From Macrostomum lignano (lineage: Eukaryota), in the NCBI GenBank assembly GCA_002269645.1, contig NIVC01001699.1, positions 61,138 through 125,137 of the forward strand: a stretch of 64,000 nt of DNA, written 5' to 3'. Below, one piece after another: positions 53,455 through 64,000 of the stretch. Numbering within the stretch: the stretch's first letter is position 1; every line of letters begins with the position of its first letter. A program made the translations under genes and the position numbers. The notes beneath the pieces were generated by a model, which had not been told where the DNA came from, did no database searches, and was given only the letters and a program-made list of their open reading frames with translations.

Positions 53455-54547
53455 CAAGATCCCCAGTTGCTGGGCCACCAGCCTCCCAGATCCTAAGTTT
53501 CTGGCCCCCGCAGCCTCCCAGATCCTCAGTTGCTGGGCCAGCCTCCCAGATCCTCAGTTGCTGGGCCAGCCTCCAAGATCCTCAGTTGCTGGGCCAGCCT
53601 CCCAGATCCTCAGTTGTTGGCTCAGCCTCCCAGATCCTTGCTGGCCCAGCCTCCCAGATCCTCAGTTGCTGGGCCAGCCTCCCAGATCCTCAGTTGCTGG
53701 GTCAGCCTCCCAAATCCTCAGTTGCTGGCCAGCCTCCCAGATGCTCAGCTGCTGGGTCAGCCTCCCAGATCCTCAGTTGCTGGGCCAGCCTCCCAGATCC
53801 TCAGTTGCTGGGCCAGCCTCCCAGATACTCAGTTGCTGGGCCAGCCTCCCAGATCCTCAGCTGCTGGGTCAGCCTCCCAGATCCTCATTTGCTGGGCCAG
53901 CCTCCCAGATCCTCAGTTGCTGGGCCAGCCTCCCAGATCCTCAGTTGCTGGGCCAGCCTCCAAGATCCTCAGTTGCTGGGCCAGCCTCCCAGATCCTCAG
54001 TTGTTGGCTCAGCCTCCCAGATCCTTGCTGGCCCAGCCTCCCAGATCCTCAGTTGCTGGGCCAGCCTCCCAGATCCTCAGTTGCTGGGCCAGCCTCCCAG
54101 ATCCTCAGCTGCTGGGTCAGCCTCCCAAATCCTCAGTTGCTGGCCAGCCTCCCAGATGCTCAGCTGCTGGGTCAGCCTCCCAGATCCTCAGTTGCTGGGC
54201 CAGCCTCCCAGATCCTCAGTTGCTGGGCCAGCCTCCCAGATCCTCAGTTGCTGGGCCAGCCTCCAAGATCCTCAGTTGCTGGGCCAGCCTCCCAGATCCT
54301 CAGTTGTTGGCTCAGCCTCCCAGATCCTTGCTGGCCCAGCCTCCCAGATCCTCAGTTGCTGGGCCAGCCTCCCAGATCCTCAGTTGCTGGGCCAGCCTCC
54401 CAGATCCTCAGCTGCTGGGTCAGCCTCCCAAATCCTCAGTTGCTGGCCAGCCTCCCAGATGCTCAGCTGCTGGGTCAGCCTCCCAGATCCTCAGTTGCTG
54501 GGCCAGCCTCCCAGATCCTCAGTTGCTGGGCCAGCCTCCCAGATCCC
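53455..54547. repeat. 28-bp minisatellite (cagcctcccagatcctcagttgctgggc) with higher-order structure, next to the GPCR exon 1 donor
   Basis: Read directly; same unit at 58190-58385. Confidence 0.97.
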
Positions 54548-54561
54548 TAATCCGGTCTCAC

Positions 54562-54831
54562 CTGCAAGTTTCTCTCCAAGATGATGGCCGCCACCACAAA
54601 CACGTTGCCAACAATGGTGCAGAGAATCATGATGCCCAGCAGCAGGCTGGTCATGACAATCTGCAGTGGCCCAAATCTCGGCTGGAACCCGATGGACATC
54701 GCTGACGTCGCCGTCGTCCCGTTGTCGTAGGTGGTGTTCGCGTCCAGGCTGGAGTTCAGGCCCGCAGGGTAGGAGCTGGCGTTGCTGGCCGCAGCGGCCG
54801 CCATGCCGAAGGTGGCGTTGGGAGTGAGCAT
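54562..54831 (-). CDS. 5-HT1-type serotonin receptor, exon 1 (N-terminus with NxS/T sites, TM1)
   Basis: MLTPNATF...SLLLGIMILCTIVGNVFVVAAIILERNLQ|gtgag. Joined CDS is 1296 nt, 431 aa. Confidence 0.92.
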
Positions 54832-55669
54832 GCCCTGCTGCCAGTTCTGTCAAATTCGTGGAAGAGTCGCGGTAGTCAGCCCAGTCTCGTCAAGAACTTG
54901 CCGCCGTCGCCGCGGACCCCTCGGATTTGTTTCCTTTTTTAATGGCGCCCGCGCAGTGCGGTACGGACTCCGCTTTGCTTACAGAGTGGTGGCAGCGGCT
55001 GGCCAATCAGATGCCAGATGGTCTCTCCCACTATAGCTAACCCCCCCCCCTGCCCACTTGCTTGTTGGTAGCTCGCGACAGTATCTGATTCTATCTAGTA
55101 TTAGCGCCCAAATTTAAGCTATATGACAAGTGATGCGATAAGTGATGGCAGTTTCTATCTGTCTGCCAATCAAGGTCAAGATCAAGTTTTTACGTTAGTA
55201 AAGTGTATACAATGCGGTTGATATAGGTGGATAGCTATGGCACCTAGGCACTAACAGCTGCTTCTGCATTTCTGTCTGTCTCCTTTCTTACTTTTGCTTT
55301 CATTAATGCAAAGTCGCAGCAACATCAGCAGCAGCAGCAGCAGCAGCAGCGGAGTCCATGTAGCCAGGCTGTGCAATTGCCCTCATTCGCTGGCTGTTGC
55401 TTTGACCTGCTTGAACTGCCTGGCGCCAACTGCAGCTGCTGCCCAGGAGCCAACTGGCAGACCCAATGCCGCTCAGGAATGTTATTTCTGCGGCCAGGTT
55501 CGGCTTAATACCGGGTCGCCTGCGCCTCGCTAGCAGTCGTGAGAGTGGCTCGGCAGAAAACAGGCTTTTAGTTCAGGAAATAAAGAAGCAATTGCTTGGA
55601 AAGCAGAGGCCTGGTGAGCGTCTGAAAAACAAAAACTGTGAATGGAAACTTAGAAAGGCGAACCCACCG

Positions 55670-56033
55670 GTCTGAATTGCAACAGTCTCAATCGCAACAG
55701 TCTCAATTGCAACAGTCTCAATTGCAACAGTCTCAATTGCAACAGTCTCAATTGCAACAGTCTGAATTGCAACAGTCTCAATTGCAACAGTCTGAGTTGC
55801 AACAGTCTCAATTGCAACAGACTCAATTGCAACAGTCTGAATTGCAACAGTCTCAATTGCAACAGACTCAATTGCAACAGTCTCAATTGCAACAGTCTCA
55901 ATTGCAACAGTCTCAATTGCAACAGTCTCAATTGCAACAGTCTCAATTGCAACAGTCTCAATTGCAACAGTCTCAATTGCAACAGTCTCAATTGCAACAG
56001 TCTGAATTGCAACAGTCTCAATTGCAACAGTCT
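55670..56033. repeat. 15-bp minisatellite (tctcaattgcaacag)
   Basis: Read directly. Confidence 0.97.
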
Positions 56034-56612
56034 TAATCTGAACCATGAGAATCTGAACCATGAGAATCTGAACCATGAGAATCTGAACCATGAGAATCTG
56101 AACCATGAGAATCTGAACCATGAGAATCTGAACCATGAGAATCTGAACCATGAGAATCTGAACCATGAAAATCTGAACCATGAGAATCTGAACCATGAGA
56201 ATCTGAACCATGAGAATCTGAACCATGAGAATCTGAACCATGAAAATCTGAACCATGAGAATCTGAACCATGAGAATCTGAACCATGAAAATCTGAACCA
56301 TGAGAATCTGAACCATGAGAATCTGAACCATGAAAATCTGAACCATGAGAATCTGAACCATGAAAATCTGAACCATGAGAATCTGAACCATGAGAATCTG
56401 AACCATGAGAATCTGAACCATGAGAATCTGAACCATGAGAATCTGAACCATGAAAATCTGAACCATGAGAATCTGAACCATGAGAATCTGAACCATGAGA
56501 ATCTGAACCATGAGAATCTGAACCATGAGAATCTGAACCATGAGAATCTGAACCATGAGAATCTGAACCATGAAAATCTTAACCATGAGAATCTGAACTA
56601 TGAGAATCTGAA
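56034..56612. repeat. 15-bp minisatellite (aatctgaaccatgag), fused to the previous array
   Basis: Read directly. Confidence 0.97.
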
Positions 56613-57449
56613 TCACAGACCCGCTTAATGAAGGACAGTTGAATCTTTGGGCACAGAATCCACGCTCCATCGAAGCCCACTAGGTAATTCTAAGTGCTTC
56701 AATGAGTCTGTGATACTAAGCAAGTCGCTATATTTAAGTTTGAGCTTCTCTTGACCGCCAAGAAACACTCGACATGAAACTGTGCTCAGATTCTGCACAA
56801 GTCACATCGGTTCGCTTTGGATAAATGGTAAAAATACACGAAGAAAATGGATCCTGTATTCTAAGAAATGAACAGGAGAAAACGAACGCAAGTAGCAAAG
56901 CTTCGCGACAATGTCGGTAGAGTCGCTAAAAAATAAGTGTTCAATCGATCAACCAGGGTTCGCCAATTTTCATCAATCATTTGCACCGAAATTCTCAGAT
57001 GCCAATTTTGCCAACTTCAACCGACTCCGCGTTCCGTCTGAACAATCGCTCTCCAGTTTTTGGATCGTTGCCAAGGTAAACAACCTCAACCGAGTCGCCG
57101 ATGCGAATCTCCAAATCGGCGGCCGTCATTTTCTGCGGTGGGGGGGGGCGATGCGGAGGGAGGAAGCTGCGGTCGTTTGATTGTGTAAACAGCAAAATGA
57201 TGAAGAGCGATCGACGGCAGAACATCGAATTGCAAGAAGCCAGACTCGGGTTGCCCCCCCCCCTCGGATTTCGGCTGCGTTTGATGGATCATGAAATCTA
57301 TCGGGGAGGGGGGGGGGGTTCGATGACGCGGCATTTTTACTGGATTTACAGAATCCTTACTTTGTCAGTGGCTGCGTCCGTTTGAAGTTTTTTGCTCCCC
57401 TGTGAAATCCGGCTTCTGAAATCTTGCGCTGGCGCGGAACAGGCAATAA

Positions 57450-57955
57450 TGACTCTGTACTCTGCTATCTCCACTCTGCACTCTGCACTCTACACTCTGC
57501 ACTCTGCACTCTACACTCTGCACTCTGTACTCTTTACTCTGCTATCTCCTCTCTGCACTCTGTACTCTGCACTCTGCACTCTGCTATCTCCTCTCTGCAC
57601 TCTGTACTCTGCACTCTGCACTCTGCTATCTCCTCTCTGCACTCTGTACTCTCCACTCTGCTATCTGCTATCTCCACTCTGCACTCTGCACTCTACACTC
57701 TGCACTCTGCACTCTGCACTCTGCACTCTGCACTCTGCACTCTGCTCTCTGAACTCTGCTCTGTGTACTCTTTACTCTTTACTCTGCTCTCTGTACTCTT
57801 TACTCTGCACTCTGCTCTCTGTACTCTTTACTCTGCACTCTGCTATCTTCTCTCTGCACTTTCCACTCTGCACTCTGCTCTCTGTACTCTTTACTCTGCA
57901 CTCTGCTATCTCCTCTCTGCACTTTCCACTCTGCACTCTGTACTCTGCACTCTGC
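57450..57955. repeat. 7-bp-based repeat (ctctgca / ctctgta)
   Basis: Read directly. Confidence 0.93.
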
Positions 57956-58189
57956 GATGGCGCGAACACTTTTGTATAACCTACATAATGTAAGTTAAGA
58001 AGGATTATTCAAACTAGCAAGCAGAATTCTACACGCTTCTTTGACAACCAGCATAATTAAAAACATAATTTTTGAAAATGCGATTTGCAATAAACTTTTT
58101 TTTCAATTTTTTCGAAGCTGATTTACAGATAATTTCGGGAATTTCGATTTTATCTGAGAGCCAGATACACCTACCACCCCCTTTCAGAC

Positions 58190-58385
58190 CCTCAGTTGCT
58201 GGGCTAGCCTCCCAGATCCTCAGTTGCTGGGCCAGCCTCCCAGATCCTCATTTGCTGGGCCAGCCTCCCAGATCCTCATTTGCTGGGCCAGCCTCCCAGA
58301 TCCCCAGTTACTGGGCCAGCCTCCCAGATCCTCATTTGCTGGGCCAGCCTCCCAGATCCCCAGTTACTGGGCCAGCTTCCGTGAT
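58190..58385. repeat. Short array of the 28-bp cagcctcccagatcctca unit overlapping the putative iGluR stop
   Basis: Same unit as 53455-54547. Confidence 0.92.
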
Positions 58386-58570
58386 CCCAGCCACTTCGTT
58401 CTCAAAGCATGAATCAGCGCAGTCGCACCAACCTTGGTGGGGTCCGGCGACAGCATTTGGTTGGGCAGGAATTCCACCCAGCCCTGCACTCGCACCCTGA
58501 TGCCGCTGGGCGTCACGTTTGTGACCTCGGCCTGATATGGCTTCATGAACTCAAGGCGAGAGTTCACCTT
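58364..58570 (-). CDS. Putative terminal exon of the iGluR-like gene (cytoplasmic tail)
   Basis: GC-rich open frame KVNSRLEFMKPYQAEVTNVTPSGIRVRVQGWVEFLP...LAQ* with a ttccag acceptor in phase 0. No family motif, so the link to the gene is inferred. Confidence 0.45.
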   Translation of the reverse strand, partial: KVNSRLEFMKPYQAEVTNVTPSGIRVRVQGWVEFLPNQMLSPDPTKVGATALIHALRTKWLGSRKLAQ

Positions 58571-58897
58571 CTGGAATGAGCGCAGGTGGTTGGCAAGTCT
58601 CAGTATCATGTATGTAGCCAAAGCTCCCACAGCTTGCATTTAAGGTCCTGGACTCGAATCCCTAATTTGCAATCTTAGTCAATACAGCAAAGATATAGAA
58701 TTTTTCCACGCATCATCAAATCCCATTGTGCATACCTGAATTTTAGCGATTACCATTTAGCCAGCAGTGAATGCTCAGACTAACAGGAAGGCACACACCG
58801 CACCCATCGTTTCTATGCGCTACATGTTAAAGGTACTTTAATTCATCCACTGAAAAAACTGACTACTCAAAATTCCATATTTCACACTAGAACTTGC

Positions 58898-59081
58898 CAT
58901 TCGGTGCCAGTACAGCTGCAGCTGGTAGAACGCGTGCTCAAGCAGCAGCACAATGAAGGACAGGCCCAGTGCGCAGGCCAGCACTATGAAAATGCCGGAC
59001 ACCTGCTCGATATGGATTGAGTTCAGCTCCTTCGCGTTGATCAGATAGTCGTTTGATGAGCATTTTATCTCCGACCAGTAA
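58898..59081 (-). CDS. iGluR-like gene, M4 exon
   Basis: YWSEIKCSS...IEQVSGIFIVLACALGLSFIVLLLEHAFY matches the iGluR pre-M4 Cys and M4 (GIF.VL..GL.L...E); ctcag acceptor in phase 2. The 3' boundary assumes a GC donor. Confidence 0.82.
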
Positions 59082-59154
59082 CTGAGTCGGGTTGGGAGGG
59101 TTGCATTTGAATTGAATGAAAGATATTATTTAATATCAATGCGCCCATTGCATA

Positions 59155-59950
59155 GAATCTCAGGTGATGAGTTCATGGAATCCCAAGTGCTGAGCTCATG
59201 GTATCCCAGGTGATCAGCTCATGGAATCCCAAGTGCTGAGCTCATGTTATCCCAGGTGATGAGCTCATGTTATCCCAGGTGATGAGCTCATGGTATCCCA
59301 GGTGATGAGCTCATGTTATCCCAGGTGATGAGCTCATGGTATCCCAGGTGATGAGCTCATGGTATCCCAGGTGATGAGCTCATGTTATCCCAGGTGATGA
59401 GCTCATGTTATCCCAGGTGATGAGCTCATGTTATCCCAGGTGATGAGCTCATGGTATCCCAGGTGATGAGCTCATAGAATCCCAGGTGATCAGCTCATGG
59501 AATCCCAGGTGATCAGCTCATTGAATCCCAAGTGCTGAGCTCATGGTATCCCAGGTGCTCAGTTCATAGAATCTCAGGTGATGAGCTCATGGGATCACAG
59601 GTGATGAGCTCATGGAATCCCAGGTGATCAGCTCATGGAATCCCAGATGATCAGCTCATGGAATCCCAGATGATCAGCTCATGGAATCCCAGGTGATAAG
59701 CTCATAGAATCCCAGGTGATGAGCTCATGGAATCCCAGGTGATGAGCTCATGTAATCCCAGGTGATGAGCTCATGGAATCCCAGGTGATCAGCTCATGGA
59801 ATCCCAGGTGATAAGCTCATAGAATCCCAGGTGATGAGCTCATGGAATCCCAGGTGATGAGCTCATGTAATCCCAGGTGATGAGCTCATGGAATCCCAGG
59901 TGATCAGCTCATGGAATCCCAGGTGATCAGCTCATGGAATCCCAGGTGCT
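59155..59950. repeat. 23-bp minisatellite (ccaggtgatgagctcatggaatc), iGluR intron
   Basis: Read directly. Confidence 0.96.
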
Positions 59951-60297
59951 TATCTCTATAGGGGCAGAGTCCTTCTAATGGACTCTCCGGAGGAGGACCG
60001 CACTGCGGACACCTGCACCACCGGATCTCCCTGCGCGACACCGCAGCACCGGCTGCCGTGTTCGCCAGGTGTTTAAGAAATGGGCGGCGACGCCTCCCCG
60101 CTGTGTCGGGATGCCCGGAGCCCCCTGCAGCGCAGAGAGTGTACATGCCTGACAATGAGAAAGTCAGGGCCGCTGTACACCCTGTGTGAGCGCGTGCCTG
60201 CGTACGAATCCGAGTCAGCGGAGTGGGCCTGGGACTGGCTGTCGACTGAGATTAGCGGCAGTACCAAAGCCCCCTGCAAAATAACTGGGTAGCTCAC

Positions 60298-61151
60298 GTG
60301 TCCTTGTACTGGTCCAGCAGACCCCGGTCAGACATGCTCTGAATCCTGTCGTTGATGGTCCGCCGGAGCTGCGGGTCCAGCCCTGCCCGCATCGCCAGGA
60401 ACAACGGCCTGTACAGCTCATTGCTGCCGGCCATCATCAGGTCGCAGGACTTCGCCACCGCGTAGCTGATTGCGGCGCCGTCGCCGACGTAAACTGGCTG
60501 CCGACCATCTGGCAGAGCCGTCTGGTTCTTTATTAGCGCCAGGGCCGCCTCCTCCGACTCGACCCACAGATCGGCGGTGGCCAGCTTCCTGTAGACAGAT
60601 CCTTCAGGCTGAGCGGCCAGGATCCCGGAGCTGGTGCTGTTCTCGACCAGGACCCGGTAGTACCTGCCGCTCTGGTTGTACAGCCCGTCCAGCGAGGTGA
60701 ACGGCAAAGCTCGGTTGCTGCGGATCAGCAGGAAGAAGGCGTTGGTGCCGTAAGTGGTGCAGTACATCAGCGAGGCGAACCACAGGATTAAGATGAATAT
60801 CCTTGACGACGGTTTGATAGCCTTGGCGCTCAGCTTGGACATCATGAAGGATGAATAGACGAAGAACACGGACTCCGAGATGCTGAACTTCGGTCGCCTG
60901 TAATCATTCGGGCTTATCTTGTCTATGGAGTAGAGAGTCGCCGACAGGATCACGAAAGCCACGACTACGGCGAGCCAGACGTTCCAGGAGAACGGGAACA
61001 GCGGACTGAGGAAGCTCAGCTTGGGACTCTCCGCGTAGCCCATGGCCGACACGCTGGTGTACATCAGCGGCCAGGAGGAGTAGCTAACGTTTGAGTCGTT
61101 CTTGATGTTGTCTAACGGCATCTGCATGGGGTTGGCTATCAGATCGCCAGC
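60298..61151 (-). CDS. iGluR-like gene, exon covering late S1, M1, M2 loop, M3 and S2
   Basis: AGDLIANP...SFLSPLFPFSWNVWLAVVVAF (M1)...SISESVFFVYSSFM (M2)...SSRIFILILWFASL (M3)...LRRTINDRIQSMSDRGLLDQYKD; ttccag / gtgagc. Confidence 0.9.
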
Positions 61152-61159
61152 CTGGAACA

Positions 61160-61400
61160 GGATTATCGAGGGATCATCAATGGATTATCAGTGGATTATC
61201 AATGGGTTATTAAGGGATTATCAGTATTATCAAGGAATTATCGAAGGATTCTCATGGTATTATCAAGATTATCAAGGGATTATCGAAGGATTATTATGGG
61301 ATTATCAAGATTATCAAGGGATTATCGAAGGTTATCAAGGGATTATCGAAGGATTATCGATGGGTTATTAATAGATTATTATGAATAATTGAGGGATAAT
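61160..61400. repeat. Degenerate gattatc(a/g)a(a/g)g repeat filling a small iGluR intron
   Basis: Read directly. Confidence 0.8.
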
Positions 61401-61486
61401 CATGGATGTCATCAATAGATTATCCGGTAGGATTGGGATATCGGTTTTTTCTGGGAGGGACTGGCTATTCAAATCCCATCACTGAC

Positions 61487-61630
61487 CCCTTGGCGCAGCA
61501 GCGGCAGCAGGTCGCCATTTTCAGCCACAGGCACCACGTCCCACTCGAATAGGCCGGCGCTCAGATGATTCAGCACGCTGATGCTGAAGCCGTAGTACTC
61601 AGTTGGCGAGGCCATCGTGAAGGGCTGACG
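61487..61630 (-). CDS. iGluR-like gene, S1 exon
   Basis: RQPFTMASPTEYYGFSISVLNHLS resembles E.PF.M...Y.GF.ID.L; ttacag / gtcagt, phase 0/0. Confidence 0.85.
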
Positions 61631-61724
61631 CTGTAAAATTATCGGGCATTCAGGCAGAGAGATCAATCATTAATATTAAGTAATTGATTTATATCAAAAC
61701 TATTTCTGAACTCTTATCTATGAT

Positions 61725-62180
61725 AGCACGACTCGTATCTATGGTAGATCGACTCGCATCTATGGTAGATCGACTCGTATCTATGGTAGATCGAATCATA
61801 TCTATGGTAGATCGACTCATATCTATGGTAGATCGACTCATATCTATGGTAGATCGACTCGTATCTATGGTAGATCGACTCTTATCTATGGTAGAACGAC
61901 TCGTACCTATGGTAGATCGACTCATATCTATGGTAGAACGACTCGTACCTATGGTAGAACGACTCGTACCTATGGTAGAACGACTCGTATCAATGGTAGA
62001 ACGACTCGTACCTATGGTAGATCGACTCATATCTATGGTAGAACGACTCGTATCTATGGTAGAACGACTCGTACCTATGGTAGATCGACTCATATCTATG
62101 GTAGAACGACTCGTATCTATGGTAGAACGACTCGTACCTATGGTAGATCGACTCATATCTATGGTAGAACGACTCATATC
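61725..62180. repeat. 21-bp minisatellite (tatctatggtagatcgactcg), iGluR intron
   Basis: Read directly. Confidence 0.96.
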
Positions 62181-62287
62181 TTATCTACGCTCGTATGCAC
62201 ATTTGATTATTTTTTTCATTTTAATAATTATTTAGCATGATAGCTGGAGAGTAAAAGCTGCAGATGTATTCTCAAGAATCCACTTAC

Positions 62288-62409
62288 CATAAAGGTAAGC
62301 ACGCGCAAAATTGGGAGCTTGCTTCTGAGGCCGCCTCGGATCAAAGCGATGCCGCCAGAGTTGTTCTTGCCCAGACCCCGAACTGCGATTTTATTGAGAC
62401 GAGTTGAGT
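62288..62409 (-). CDS. iGluR-like gene, exon leading into S1; upstream exons lie outside the window
   Basis: STRLNKIAVRGLGK...KLPILRVLTFM|gtaagt (LRV.T strand at the start of S1); aagcag acceptor. Confidence 0.7.
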
Positions 62410-62421
62410 CTGCTTTAATCG

Positions 62422-64000
62422 GTCTGGGATCTGGTGGCTTGGTTGGGGATCTGGTGGCTTGGTTGGGGATCTTGGTTGGGGATCTGGTGGCTGGGTTGGG
62501 GATCTGGTGGCTGGGTTGGGGATCTGGTGGCTTGGTTGGGGATCTGGTGGCTTGGTTGGGGATCTGGTGGCTTGGTTGGGGATCTGGTGGCTTGGTTGGG
62601 GATCTGGTGGCTGGGTTGGGGATCTGGTGGCTTGGTTGGGGATCTGGTGGCTTGGTTGGGGATCTGGTGGCTTGGTTGGGGATCTGGTGGCTTGGTTGGG
62701 GATCTGGTGGCTGGGTTGGGGATCTGGTGGCTGGGTTGGGGATCTGGTGGCTGGGTTGGGGATCTGGTGGCTTGGTTGGGGATCTGGTAGCTTGGTTGGG
62801 GATCTGGTGGCTTGGTTGGGGATCTGGTGGCTTGGTTGGGGATCTGGTGGCTTGGTTGGGGATCTGGTGGCTTGGTTGGGGATCTGGTTGCTTAGTTGGG
62901 ATCTGGTGGCTTGGTTGGGGATCTGGTGGCTTGGTTGGGGATCTGGTGGCTTGGTTGGGGATCTGGTGGCTTGGTTGGGGATCTGGTGGCTTGGTTGGGG
63001 ATCTGGTGGCTTGGTTGGGGATCTGGTAGCTTGGTTGGGGATCTGGTGGCTTGGTTGGGGATCTGGTGGCTTGGTTGGGGATCTGGTTGCTTAGTTGGGG
63101 ATCTGGTGGCTTGGTTGGGGATCTGGTGGCTTGGTTGGGGATCTGGTGGCTTGGTTGGGGATCTGGTGGCTTGGTTGGGGATCTGGTGGCTTGGTTGGGG
63201 ATCTGGTGGCTTGGTTGGGGATCTGGTGGCTTGGTTGGGGATCTGGTGGCTGGGTTGGGGATCTGGTGGCTTGGTTGGGGATCTGGTGGCTTGGTTGGGG
63301 ATCTGGTGGCTTGGTTGGGGATCTGGTGCTTGGTTGGGGATCTGGTGGCTTGGTTGGGATCTGGTTGCTTAGTTGGGGATCTGGTGGCTTGGTTGGGTAT
63401 CTGGTGGCTTGGTTGGGGATCTGGTTGCTTAGTTGGGGATCTGGTGGCTTGGTTGGGGATCTGGTGGCTTGGTTGGGGATCTGGTGGCTTGGTTGGGGAT
63501 CTGGTGGCTTGGTTGGGGATCTGGTGGCTTGGTTGGGGATCTGGTGGCTTGGTTGGGGATCTGGTGGCTTGGTTGGGGATCTGGTGGCTTGGTTGGGGAT
63601 CTGGTGGCTTGGTTGGGGATCTGGTGGCTGGGTTGGGGATCTGGTGGCTTGGTTGGGGATCTGGTTGCTTAGTTGGGGATCTGGTGGCTTGGTTGGGGAT
63701 CTGGTGGCTGGGTTGGGATCTAGTGGCTTGGTTGGGGATCTAGTGGCTTGGTTGGGGATCTGGTGGCTGGGTTGGGGATCTGGTGGCTTGGTTGGGATCT
63801 GGTGGCTGGTTGGGGATCTGGTGGCTTGGTTGGGGATCTGGTGGCTGGGTTGGGGATCTGGTGGCTTGGTTGGGGATCTGGTGGCTTGGTTGGGGATCTG
63901 GTGGCTGGGTTGGGGATCTGGTAGCTTGGTTGGGGATCTGGTGGCTTGGTTGGGGATCTGGTGGCTGGGTTGGGATCTGGTGGCTGGGTTGGGGATCTGG
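62422..64000. repeat. 20-bp minisatellite (gggatctggtggcttggttg), iGluR intron; runs off the window end
   Basis: Read directly. Confidence 0.98.

Noticed and set aside
43582-64000. Long repetitive ORFs at 43.6-44.9, 45.9-46.7, 49.2-50.0, 53.4-54.7, 55.6-56.7, 57.4-58.0 and 61.7-63.7 kb
   Set aside because: All coincide with tandem arrays, often open in several frames at once, and most lie in introns or UTRs of genes on the other strand.

Overview
Eukaryotic (metazoan) genomic DNA. Short GC-rich exons sit in AT-rich introns packed with minisatellites. An RTE-type LINE fragment and this intron style suggest a free-living flatworm such as Macrostomum; that assignment is inference only. I reconstructed four protein-coding genes by hand from splice signals and reading-frame continuity. 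(1) DNA primase large subunit PRIM2, + strand, 4 exons, 19032-23447, 522 aa. (2) A minimal secreted astacin metalloprotease, - strand, 7 exons, 25303-32451, 248 aa. (3) A 5-HT1-type serotonin GPCR, - strand, 3 exons, 44855-54831, 431 aa. (4) The 3' part of a strongly divergent ionotropic glutamate receptor-like gene, - strand, about 58364 to beyond 62409. About 27-28 kb (just over 40%, my rough sum) is tandem repeat in about 30 arrays, so nearly all long ORFs in the supplied track are repeat artefacts. The first 18 kb has no intact gene. It holds foldback/MITE elements, a diverged tandem duplication whose second copy carries three extra MITE insertions, an RTE fragment and a probable tyrosine-recombinase retroelement remnant. 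Most interesting: a minisatellite built from the last codons and stop of the serotonin receptor (with a possible second case at the iGluR stop), an intact minimal hammerhead ribozyme in a Penelope-like fragment in PRIM2 intron 3, a (CTA)n tract bracketed by 22-bp inverted termini, and an iGluR with a rewritten gate motif. There is no evidence for CRISPR arrays, rRNA or intact tRNA genes.
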